Shown piece by piece: positions 22,101 to 31,618 of a stretch of 50,580 bases of DNA. A program made the position numbers and the translations under genes. Below the pieces are notes generated by a model, which ran no database searches, was not told the DNA's origin, and was given only the letters and a program-made list of their open reading frames with translations. Position 1 is the first letter of the stretch; each line of letters opens with the position of its first letter. This DNA is from Balamuthia mandrillaris (taxonomy: Eukaryota), in NCBI GenBank assembly GCA_031835245.2, contig JAVKOQ020000101.1, positions 124,001-174,580 of the forward strand, in the 5' to 3' direction.

Positions 22101-23356
22101 ACAACAACAAAACCTTCCACCCTCCCTTGTTCTCCTCCTTCTCTATCTACAACAAATCATCCAGAGGAGCAACTTGCGTCTACCTCTAAAAAACGAAAGA
22201 GACCCGACCAAGAAAAACCCGACAACAGAACAGAAGCAACAACAGAACCTCAATCAATTCGATCTACTCCTTCTCCTGCTAAAAAGACAAAGAAAGTCAG
22301 CACAACCTCTTCTTCTGGTAATTTGGCGATCAAACGACTGCTAAAACGGCTGAACAAAACCACATTTGACGCAGTGGCAGAAGAGTTAAGTCATGAAAAC
22401 AACATCAACGAGATGCGATTGGTACCTGTTCTTGTGACAGTCATTCGTGAAAGAGCGGTCAAAGAATGGAAGAAACAACGAGCACAACGAACGGCTTCCA
22501 TCAACGATGCAAAGAAGAAACGGAAGAAGAAAGAAGCCGCCGACGAAAAGAAACGAAGAAAGATCGGCCCAAAAGAAGAACTTTTGGTTTGTCTCATTTG
22601 GAAAATCGCAGAGTTGAAGAAAGAAGAAGGCAATCGTTCTTCTTTTTGGGAGAAGTTGATGCAACATTTTGCTTTTGCCATTCTTCATCACGACACCTAC
22701 TATCGTTCGCTCTTCCTTCTTCGCTCAAACTCAGCAACACCTATGACAACCCCTAAACGAAAGAAACTCCAAGACGACTTTGAACTGGCACGTTGGGAAC
22801 GTGCAAGCCTCTGTCGCTGCTTTGCTGCTTTGGCGAGACTTTGTAACGACTTGCAACGAGCGCGAGTTCTCTGCTTTGACATGCTCTTCAAAGCTCTCAT
22901 CGTTCAAGCTGCTGCCGTCAACAACAACGAAAACAAAAAGGAGAAAGTTGTCAGTTGTGAGAAAGGAGGTAACGGAGGAACAAGATATGAGATTCCTTTC
23001 TTGCTTGATATGGCGAGAATTTGGCCTTCTCTTCTTCTTCGCATTGATGAAAAGAAAAGGGAAGAAAGAATGGTGGATAAATGGATCCAATCTTTGTTGA
23101 CGACAGAAGTGGATACAGCAACAACGGAGGAGAAAGAACAAGAGACGATGACAAAGGAGGAAGGAGAAGGCGAAGGAGCAAAAAGAACGTTGCAGAATGA
23201 CTTTTTGGAGTTGTGCGAGATTTGTCGGTGGCATCCTTCCTTTCCTTCTTCTGAAACTTCTTCGCATTGTTCTTTGCCGGTTCCTTTGAATACGTTGCTA
23301 GATCAAAGTCTCATGTCCAGCATTCGAGAGTGTCATGATCCTAATGGTAACTTTCC

Positions 23357-23416
<60 letters not shown>

Positions 23417-23967
23417 ATCTCCATTTCTCTAACTGATCTCATTTTTCAAAACACAAACTAGGAATGTACCAAGTGTTGAAATGTGGGGAATTGATGGGAG
23501 CGTACGGCGGATGGGTATGGACCTACAACGACCTCATAGTCACCAAACTTTGGCCTCAATTCCTCAGTCCGTCTCCTTCAGTTTCTTCCTCTTCTTCCTC
23601 CATCGTAACAGCATTGCGCCTAATTGGAGTGTTGGGTCGAACGGTTCTTCGAATGATGGAAACATCTGTCCTCTTTTCTTCTTCTTCGCTTCAAGACGAA
23701 CGGAAGAGGCGAGAGATGATGATGAAACAAGTGCCAGGGTTGGACTGGCTGCGAGGAAGAATGGGGATGGTACTTTCGGAGGATATGAGAAAGAAGTATG
23801 GCTTCTCGTTGGAGGCTCAAGTGGCCGCCGCGGAATCGTTGTTGGATCTTTCTTCTGCTGTTTCGGCTGAGGAGAAAAAGGAAGATGAGAGTTGGAAGAG
23901 AGTGAAGAGGTGGACGAGTTTGTTGACGGAGAAGCAAAGAGAGCTACTGCCTCCTTCTTTACAGTAA
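18810..23967 (+). CDS. ICE1: ICE1-like protein (little elongation complex subunit 1) with internal SAP domain
   Basis: Exons 18810-19053, 19198-23346 and 23462-23967. N-terminal coiled coil LLKLKEKIIDT..Y..QMDQLLREVIPL; C-terminal helical domain LCRCFAALARLCNDLQRARVLCF..GWVWTYNDLIVTKLWP..LRLIGVLG..QVAAAESLLDLS. Both resemble animal ICE1 termini as recalled. SAP motif TTKELGQMLKRLKL..GKKDQLIQRL. Confidence 0.7.
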
Positions 23968-24023
23968 CTACCGACAAAATAAACAATAAAAAGCAAAGAA
24001 AAGAGAGAAAGAGCGAGAGAAGG

Positions 24024-24399
24024 CTATTTGTAACGTTTTGCAGTGTCATCCATGAAAGTGGCCAACTCCACGTCTTTCTCGGTCACACCGCCGGCTGAGT
24101 GGGTGGACAGCGTCACGTCCACTTTGTTGTAAGTGTTGCACCATTCAGGATGATGGTTCTTCTACTTATGTTCGCTCATCATCAGTACTTCAAATCATCA
24201 AAAAACGCATGAGAGAGAAAAAAAAGACCTGATCAGCAAAAATGGCGACGTGAGCCATGAAATCAAAAGCGGAGCGAAAGTTACGGAACAAGAAAGAACG
24301 ACGTATGGCGTCCCTTCCCGTGCATTCCTGCCAGCCTTGCAACGAACGCAGCACTTCCGCTCGCTTCGCTCCTTCCAACAGCTTGCTCTTTGTGGACAT
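24024..24399 (-). CDS. PCBD: Pterin-4-alpha-carbinolamine dehydratase
   Basis: Exons 24399-24229 and 24161-24024: [58 protein letters not shown]. Confidence 0.95.
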
Positions 24400-24579
24400 C
24401 TTTTTTCTTCTTTTTTTTTTCGGACATTTTCGATAATAAACAGATAAAATCGATATTTTGAATAAACTCGATAAAAAATTCAATAAAATGAGAGTGTTCG
24501 ATAAAAATCAAAAAATGACAAATAATCGAAAAAAAACAAAAAAGGAACAGAAAGAAAGGAATGATAAAGGAAGGAAAGC

Positions 24580-24799
24580 TTAAGAGGAAGCTTTGAACTG
24601 GGTGTAAGTGTAGCCGTAGACCCGCAAGTCCTTGGCAAGGGCCTCCTCTGCCGCTCTCTCGTCCACATTGTTGACGATCCATTGGTACGAAGCCAAAAAT
24701 CCTGGAAGCGTCAACCAGCCCTTTTTTGGTTGTTGTTTTTGTGTTTGAGAAAAAAGAGGAACGAGCATAGAAGCAGAGGAAAGAGAGAGAAGGGAGGGA

Positions 24800-24853
<54 letters not shown>

Positions 24854-25445
24854 GAAAAAGAGGGATGAGACGGAGAGGGAGAGAAGAGGTTACTTTGTTG
24901 TTTGTTTCAAAGTTTGCCCGAATGAATTCAGACATTTCGGGAGTGAGGTGCACTCCCTCCGTCATGAACACAAGGTTGTCCATCTCAGCCTCGTTCAGTG
25001 CTCCATCTGTAGGGTTGTGAAGTCAGTTTCAGATAAAAGAAGAAAAGCAGAAGAAAAAGGAAGAAGCAGCAGGAGAAGAAGAAGAAGAGGAAGAAGAAGG
25101 AGGCAGAAGACATAGAAAGAAGAAACATGAAGAAAGCCAACCGCCATCTTTATCTAAGGTGAAGAATATTTCGGTGAGCTTTGCTCGAAACTCAGGTGTC
25201 AGAGTGTTGTCCGGCCGCAACAAAACCTAAACTTGGAAGAGAAGAAAACAAGAAGAAGAAGAAGAAGAAGAAGTGAGAAAGATGAAAAAGAAAAAAAGAA
25301 GAACGGATAATTTTAAAAAAAATAACGTAACTGCGATATGATGATCGTTGCGCTTTGTGAGGTAGTAGAAGAGAGGAACGGAAACCACGGCAGCAGCGGC
25401 GATGCCACCGACTACACACAAGACTTTGCTGGTGGTGCTCGTCAT
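24580..25445 (-). CDS. N-terminally anchored EF-hand protein (Miro-like EF region, no GTPase domain)
   Basis: Four exons: TM segment VLCVVGGIAAAAVVSVPLFYYL; LTPEFRAKLTEIFFTLDKDGDGALNEAEM (canonical EF loop); GWLTLPGFL..DLRVYGY. Confidence 0.7.
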
Positions 25446-25860
25446 GCCTGGTTCCAAAACGATCCGCAAAGTTTGTGTCTTTCCTTTCTTTGTTTTTTTC
25501 CTCTAAATTACAAAAAAGATCGACACGTTTTTCGAACTACCAATCGGAAATCATAAATGGATAACGAAATTTCGGAACCACACGGGAAGATCACGGGAGA
25601 ATAATTTGGCCGACGGACCAATGGCATTTCTTTCCGGCGCCGGGAAGGTTTTTTTTCGTCGTGGTTCTGTCGCAGCGTTTCCCTCAACTTTCCCGGCGAG
25701 CACCTTTCAAACGGATCACCAAGTGTGGGTGAGTTTTTCTTTGAGAGCATTTTTTTTTCCCTCTGCGCTTCCCCTACACTACACGGAAACAAACCGCTGC
25801 TGCTGCCGTGGTTTCTACGCAAAAACACACAGAATCGTCTCCGTAAGCACACACATTAAA

Positions 25861-26502
25861 ATGGCCAAAGTGGTGATCGTTTTTCACTCCATGTACACGC
25901 ATGCCTGGGTGATGGCCCAGGCCATCGCGGAGGGCGCCAAGCAGGTGGAGGGCGTGGAGGTGGAGATCTACCAGGTCTCCGAGACCCTGCCCCCCGAGGT
26001 GGTGGACAAAATGGGCGCCACCGGCGCCAAGCAGGCGATGAAGGACGTGCCCTTCATCGACGCCGACCGCCAGAAGATGACGGAGATCCTGCAGAGCGCT
26101 GATGCCCTCATCATCGGCGGTGGCACTCGGTTCGGCGCCGTCAGCGCCCAGCTCAAGACCTTCCTGGACTCCCTGGGAGGCCTCTGGGCCACCAACGCCC
26201 TCGTGGGCAAGGTGGCCAGCGCCTTCACCGGCAGCGGCTCCCAGCACGGCGGCAACGAGGTCACGCTCTTCTCCATGATCGCCCCCTTGCTGCACCTGGG
26301 CTTTGTCTACGCGGGCCTGCCGTACACCTGCAACGAGCAGCGGAGCATGGAGGAGATCACGGGAGGCAGCCCCTACGGCTCCACCTACATCACCGGCGCG
26401 GATGGCAGCCGTCCGGTCAGCGAGAACGAGAAGGCCTGCGGCAGGGCTCAGGGCAAGCACGTGGCCGAGCTCGCCGCCAAGCTCAAGAAGGGAAGTCAGT
26501 GA
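25861..26502 (+). CDS. wrbA: NAD(P)H:quinone oxidoreductase, WrbA flavodoxin-like family
   Basis: MAKVVIVFHSMYTH..VSETLP..TRFG..LVGKVASAF..QHGGNE..GGSPYG..QGKHVA; intronless, high GC3. Confidence 0.93.
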   Translation: MAKVVIVFHSMYTHAWVMAQAIAEGAKQVEGVEVEIYQVSETLPPEVVDKMGATGAKQAMKDVPFIDADRQKMTEILQSADALIIGGGTRFGAVSAQLKTFLDSLGGLWATNALVGKVASAFTGSGSQHGGNEVTLFSMIAPLLHLGFVYAGLPYTCNEQRSMEEITGGSPYGSTYITGADGSRPVSENEKACGRAQGKHVAELAAKLKKGSQ

Positions 26503-26598
26503 ACAACCCTGTTTATTTTTTTTCCTCTCGTTTTTACACTGATATGTACAAGACCCACTCTCTAAAATAAAAACAAGTGCCCTCATGATTGTTTGTTT

Positions 26599-27018
26599 TC
26601 ATTCTTGTCCACGTTGGGACACATCCGTGCCGGGTCGTATGTCCGCCCGGCAGCTGAGGACCACGCGAGGAGCGCGTCGCAGGTTCCTCTGGATGCACTC
26701 CTTCATGGCGGCCAGGCATTCCTCCGTGGAGCCCTGCACGATGATGCCCATGGGGTGGACCTCGTGCTCCAGCTGGTTGTTCTGGAGCACCCTGGTGCTG
26801 GTCTGCACGTAGTGGGTGAACCAGGTCTCCTTGGTGCCGATGGGATAGACCTGGAACTCGGCCATCATGTCACGTTCTTTGTTGGCCTGTTGTGGTTGCT
26901 CAACTGAAGAAGAGGAGGAGAAGCGGCTGCCGCAGGGTCGGAGCACATGTCGAGATGCGAGGTTAGACCGCCAAGGAGGCAACGATGTGCCGCAGCGAGA
27001 CCTACATAGAAAACGCAT
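26599..27018 (-). CDS. Thiamine-binding-domain protein (MTH1187/YqgV/Ecm15 family) with presequence
   Basis: MMAEFQVYPIGT..HEVHPMGIIVQG..EECLAAMKEC..PRVV..DIRPG behind an Arg/Ser-rich leader. Confidence 0.85.
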   Translation of the reverse strand: MRFLCRSRCGTSLPPWRSNLASRHVLRPCGSRFSSSSSVEQPQQANKERDMMAEFQVYPIGTKETWFTHYVQTSTRVLQNNQLEHEVHPMGIIVQGSTEECLAAMKECIQRNLRRAPRVVLSCRADIRPGTDVSQRGQE

Positions 27019-27149
27019 CTTCTCTTCCAAGTCTTTTTTTCTTTATTTTTTTAACTTTTTTTGGGTATTTAATTTCTATAATTTTTCAACGAGCTTTCCA
27101 GCTACTCAGCTCCCGAATTTCATTAATATTTCGAGACAATTTGTCGACC

Positions 27150-29483
27150 ATGGATGGCTTCGTTGTAGATAACTCAAGATCACAACAAAAAAAACAAATT
27201 AAAAAAAAAACCGATAAAGAAATGGAAGAAAGCGGCCTCCAGCCAGGGTTGGAGCCGACCGGGGCCGCTCTTCAGCAGAGGCTCGACGCCTGTGCCAACA
27301 AGCTCGAGCAAGAGGTCCATGCCATTCGAGAAGATATCAAGCAACGCGTAGCCTCCTTTCAGCATGAAATGGAACAACTCATCCAAAACAAAACCAAGGC
27401 AATCGCTTCTTCTTCCTCTTCAACTTCTCCGATCGATGCGTTGACAAAGCCTTTCGATACGTTGCCTTCTGCTGCTGTCCTTTCTTCCGCTAATACCACT
27501 TTAAGTCGACCTCCCCCGCCGGACAACGGCTCCACTTGGGAAGAGCGCAAGCGCTACAGCCTTCGTTGGGCTCTTCCTCCCGATCAGGTCCTGGCCGAGC
27601 TTCAACGCCAACAACTTTCACTCACCCCTTCTTCTTCTCCTTCTTCTTCTTCAACGCCAGACAAAGACAAAGCGAAGGAAGAGGAGGACCTCCTGCCACA
27701 ACAAGTGGTCAAAGTGGAAGCCACAACGGACTTTGCGGCGGAGGAGGAGGACGAGTTTGAGTTCTCCAAAGGAGCCGTTTTTGTGGTGGTGGAGAGGGAG
27801 GACGAGGAGTGGTGGTGGGGGTTGGATGATGAAGGCTACACGGGCATCTTTCCGAGAAGCTTTGTGAGGGTGTTGGAAGGCAATGTCGAGCTGGTGCCGC
27901 TACGAACGCAACAACAAGCTTTGGAGAAAGAGAAGGAAAAGGAGGAAGAGAGAATGAGAACACAGAGGGAAGAAGAGGAACAGCGCAAGAGGAAAGAAGA
28001 GGAAGAGGAGGAGAAGCGATGGAGAGAACAGGAGGAAGAGGAGCGGAAGAAGAGAGAAAGGGAAGCAGAAGAAGAGCAAAGGAAGCGGAAAGAAAAGGAG
28101 GAAGAGAAAAGAATACAAAGAGAAAAGGAGAAAGAGAAGGCGAAAGAAAAGGAAGCGGGGATAGTGAAAGCAGAAGCAATAGCCAATTTCGAAGCGATGG
28201 AAGCGGACGAGCTCGCATTCAACAACGGAGACGTCTTACAAATCCAAAAGCGAGTGGATGATCGGTGGTGGTTCGGTATTCTTCTTTCCAACAACACCAA
28301 CAACAAGAACAGCGTCCGAAAGACAGGCATCTTTCCAAAGAACTTTGTTAAAGTCATGGAAGGAAACCCTGAAGCGTTACCATTGCTCTATCCGAATATG
28401 AGCGGTGGCGTCCTTGGAGAGCACAATAACATACGGCGTCGTTCTCATGAAGAAATGATAAAGCAAATGACGCAGCAACAACAACAGCGAACGAAACAAA
28501 ACGAAGGGGAACAAAAGTCTTTTGTTAGAGTGGAAGCAATTGCAGACTTTGAAGCATTGGAAGGAGATGAGTTTGGATTCCACAAAGGAGATATCTTTAG
28601 GGTCGTACAAAGAGAAGATGAAACGTGGTGGTGGGCTCAAGTGAATGAAGAAGAGCAGGGAGGCAGTTCCAAAACGAAAGGTGCAACGATGGGCATCTTT
28701 CCAAAGAACTTTGTCAAAGTGCTTCAAGGAAACCCAAACGGGGTACCTCTTCGTCCCGACACGGAAGATACATCGACCGAACAACAACGCAGAAAGGGAC
28801 AAAGCTACGCGGCACAAAAAGAAGAAACGAAGAGGAACAACGGGACACTTACGGCTACAACGAGGTTGCCATCGCCTGGTAGAAGCAACCCGCCTCCGCG
28901 ACCTGATAATGCCACTAAACCCAAATTGCTCAATGCTAGCGACAACAACTTTGCCCAGCAACAAGTTCTAGCATCGCCCTCTTCTTCCCTATCTCCTTCT
29001 TCTTCGTCAGCAAGTACAGACGTCAGCAACCCTCAGACGATAAAGGTAAGAGGACGTACAGTTACCATTCCGAATAAGCCTTTACCCAAGTTACCATCAC
29101 AACAAGAACTGGAAAACGAAGGAGGTGGTGGAGAAACACACGTAAAAGAAGAAATAAGAAACGGCAAAAATGTACAACAACAATCCCCAACCAACCGCGT
29201 TACGTCAAATCAACGAGGGAGAGAACAAGGACAAGGCAGAGGTCAAGCAGGAAGAGGCCAACCAACAGCAGGAAGAGGAAGAGGAGGAAGAGGAAGAGGA
29301 TTTGTTCATAGTGGAGGTAACAGACTTCCGCCGTTGCCAAAGTCATTGAAGCCCACTCAGGATGAGAACAAGAGGGATGAGTGGCAGATGAAGAGAATGA
29401 GCGTGCTGATGTTGATGCAACAAAGGAAGACGACCACGTTGTTGCAGATGTTTGAGCAAAAGTTTTTGGAGGAAGCTGCATGA
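27150..29483 (+). CDS. Triple-SH3 adaptor protein with coiled coils, PxxP motifs and RG-rich segment
   Basis: Three SH3 domains (VEATTDF..EFEFSKG..WWWG..GIFPRSFV; AEAIANF..ELAFNNGD..WWFG..GIFPKNFV; VEAIADF..EFGFHKGD..WWWA..GIFPKNFV) in a single long exon. Confidence 0.9.
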   Translation: MDGFVVDNSRSQQKKQIKKKTDKEMEESGLQPGLEPTGAALQQRLDACANKLEQEVHAIREDIKQRVASFQHEMEQLIQNKTKAIASSSSSTSPIDALTKPFDTLPSAAVLSSANTTLSRPPPPDNGSTWEERKRYSLRWALPPDQVLAELQRQQLSLTPSSSPSSSSTPDKDKAKEEEDLLPQQVVKVEATTDFAAEEEDEFEFSKGAVFVVVEREDEEWWWGLDDEGYTGIFPRSFVRVLEGNVELVPLRTQQQALEKEKEKEEERMRTQREEEEQRKRKEEEEEEKRWREQEEEERKKREREAEEEQRKRKEKEEEKRIQREKEKEKAKEKEAGIVKAEAIANFEAMEADELAFNNGDVLQIQKRVDDRWWFGILLSNNTNNKNSVRKTGIFPKNFVKVMEGNPEALPLLYPNMSGGVLGEHNNIRRRSHEEMIKQMTQQQQQRTKQNEGEQKSFVRVEAIADFEALEGDEFGFHKGDIFRVVQREDETWWWAQVNEEEQGGSSKTKGATMGIFPKNFVKVLQGNPNGVPLRPDTEDTSTEQQRRKGQSYAAQKEETKRNNGTLTATTRLPSPGRSNPPPRPDNATKPKLLNASDNNFAQQQVLASPSSSLSPSSSSASTDVSNPQTIKVRGRTVTIPNKPLPKLPSQQELENEGGGGETHVKEEIRNGKNVQQQSPTNRVTSNQRGREQGQGRGQAGRGQPTAGRGRGGRGRGFVHSGGNRLPPLPKSLKPTQDENKRDEWQMKRMSVLMLMQQRKTTTLLQMFEQKFLEEAA

Positions 29484-29548
29484 AATATTATTTGTATAAT
29501 AAAGTATCTGAGGAGGAGAGCTTTGGGCTCCTCTCTCGACAATATTGT

Positions 29549-31189
29549 TTATTTCAAAATTAACGTTATTATCACGAAAGTCAGCCAAGCGAGAATGAGA
29601 CAAAGGAAAAAATTCTGAATGTCCCTATTCCTCTTCCTCAGTTCGACGTTTTTCTTTTTCAGCTCAGCATTTTGCTGCTTCAACTCCGCGTTTTTCTTTT
29701 TCAGCTCAGCAATTCGCTGCTTCAGGCTTCCATTTTGTTGATTAAGCTGGTTGGTCGTGTTCCCCACTTCTTTGAGCCTCTTTTGCAGCAGAGCACTTGT
29801 GTTCTTCAGTGCGTTAACTCTATTTCGCAGGGTGTCGTTTTGTGCTGTGAACTTGCTGTTCGAATTCTCCAGTTCGCTGATTCTCTGCCGCAAGCTTTCA
29901 TTTTGTATTTGCAAACGGTTGTTGGTCCCTTGAGTTTCGCTGACCTGCAACTTAAGTTCCTCAACGAGGTTCCGGAGCTCTAAATTTGTCTGCTCCAATG
30001 TCGTTATTTTTTCTCTCAACTCATGGTAGATGTGGTACTGAGTCTCTTTGACTGTGCAGCTGCTGGACAAGTGGCCGCTTGCTCTGCAAAAGAAACATAA
30101 CGAGTGGCGGGCACAATGGTCGGGAGAATGGCCGGTCCCGAAACACACGGCGCAACGGTCCTGGTGGCTTCCGTCCGATATTTCGATGGAGGAAAGACAC
30201 AATCCGGGGTCATGATGCTCCCCTCGGCACTTCCAACATGCCCATTGTGATTCCCGTAACGGCTCCGGGGTGCTCTCCTCGAGGTGATTGATTGCGTCCC
30301 CCAGAGACCAGATGGGAACGGGCTTAAGATCAGTATATCTCTGGTACACCTGTTTCAAAAACCCTCGCTCCACCGAGAGTTTGGTGGCGAACCGAAGGTT
30401 AGAACTAACTAATGCTAGCAACCGAGACCCCAGGTGTCTCTTCAGGAACAAGGTCTCCGCATAATTGCGAAAGTCCTGATAGTTGGCTACCTTCCACCCG
30501 TCATGAAGACGTGACTCCTTTACAAAACAGTCCATCTCCTCAAAAAATTCTCTGCTCCGAGGAGTACTGCATACTGTAGCTATCTTCCATGTTTCCAATT
30601 GTTGTGCGGTTGGGTTGCACTCGGTGACCACCGTTGTTGTTAGAACTGGAAGGATGGCGTTTTGTTGCAGAATTTCCATCAAACGCCTTGCCACAGACGC
30701 TCGTTTGCGCTTTGTTCGTTCGCCAACGAGATCTAGAAAGACGTTGGAGTCTAATACCACTACCTTCTTGTCCGTCTGACAAAGCGCCGCTAGGGTCTGG
30801 TTGAGAATTGGAAAAGGATCCTTCCAGTCTTCAGTCAAGACGCACTCAAATGGTAGGGCAGGCACCGGAGGTCTTCCGGGGGCCTCAGAGCTTGGGCAGG
30901 GTTGTACCCAATATCTCCCTGGGGGTATTTTCTCTGGAGAGTTGAAGATAGTACTACCCCTTCCCAAGATAAGGTGAGTCCTCAGCGCAGCATCGTTTCT
31001 GATATAGTTTTTGATGTTGCACACCGTAGTTTCTTCCCCATGCTCAAAAGTCCACACGTGTTGCGTTCCTTCCAACCGTACATGAACTGAATAATGTATT
31101 AAATGCTGGTCATAAGATAGAAAAACCTTTCCCTTCTTACCTGTGCCGTCTTTCGCGCCCACAGAAGGAGAAAGAGGGGGTATGTTCAT
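29549..31189 (-). CDS. Intronless PIN-domain protein with three CCHC zinc knuckles, coiled coil and C-terminal TM anchor
   Basis: PIN motifs VVVLDSNVF, TTTVVTE, QDFRNYAE and LVSSN. Knuckles CWKC..H....C, CAVCFGTGHSPDHC and CFFCRASGHLSSSC. Heptad repeats; tail FFLCLILAWLTFVIITLILK. Confidence 0.75.
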   Translation of the reverse strand: MNIPPLSPSVGAKDGTGKKGKVFLSYDQHLIHYSVHVRLEGTQHVWTFEHGEETTVCNIKNYIRNDAALRTHLILGRGSTIFNSPEKIPPGRYWVQPCPSSEAPGRPPVPALPFECVLTEDWKDPFPILNQTLAALCQTDKKVVVLDSNVFLDLVGERTKRKRASVARRLMEILQQNAILPVLTTTVVTECNPTAQQLETWKIATVCSTPRSREFFEEMDCFVKESRLHDGWKVANYQDFRNYAETLFLKRHLGSRLLALVSSNLRFATKLSVERGFLKQVYQRYTDLKPVPIWSLGDAINHLEESTPEPLRESQWACWKCRGEHHDPGLCLSSIEISDGSHQDRCAVCFGTGHSPDHCARHSLCFFCRASGHLSSSCTVKETQYHIYHELREKITTLEQTNLELRNLVEELKLQVSETQGTNNRLQIQNESLRQRISELENSNSKFTAQNDTLRNRVNALKNTSALLQKRLKEVGNTTNQLNQQNGSLKQRIAELKKKNAELKQQNAELKKKNVELRKRNRDIQNFFLCLILAWLTFVIITLILK

Positions 31190-31421
31190 CTGCTCACTCG
31201 TTTCTTTTGCTTACTTTGTGCCTGAAATACGCAAGAGGTCCGAGATGAATAAGTTCAACAGTATGCAATATGTTTCAAGCTAAAAAACGTCTATCTAGTG
31301 CTCCAAACGTTGCCAAATGGTGTAAGTGCGGAGTATTTTCAAACTCCGAAATTTCTTTCCAGACGGCCCCTCAGGAAAGTTGGGTAACATTAAATCAATT
31401 TATAAAGTTCTATTCTCACAG

Positions 31422-31492
31422 GCATCCGTAGTCTAGGGGCATGATTTCCGCCTGCCACGCGGGAGGCCCGGGTTCAACTCCCGGCGGATGCA
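31422..31492 (+). tRNA. tRNA-Gly(GCC)
   Basis: Acceptor stem GCATCCG/CGGATGC with A discriminator, anticodon arm TCCGC-CTGCCAC-GCGGG, T arm CCGGG-TTCAACT-CCCGG, downstream T runs. Confidence 0.95.
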
Positions 31493-31618
31493 CACCCTTA
31501 TTTTATTTTGTTCGGTCCACAAAAAATTTTGTTCTAAGAAATTTTTTCGACAAGGTTTTTTTTTGTCTGCAAGAAAAACGACGTAGTGCTGGCAGCCGAA
31601 CCACACACACCCTTCTGG

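Noticed and set aside
25774..26586. 270-aa antisense ORF over wrbA (similar cases over Rac and the LEA gene)
   Set aside because: Expected shadow ORFs of high-GC3 coding sequence.
29549..31189. Retrotransposon gag call for the zinc-knuckle ORF
   Set aside because: No pol, reverse transcriptase, integrase, LTRs or poly(A)/TSD nearby; the PIN domain and TM tail do not fit an intact element.
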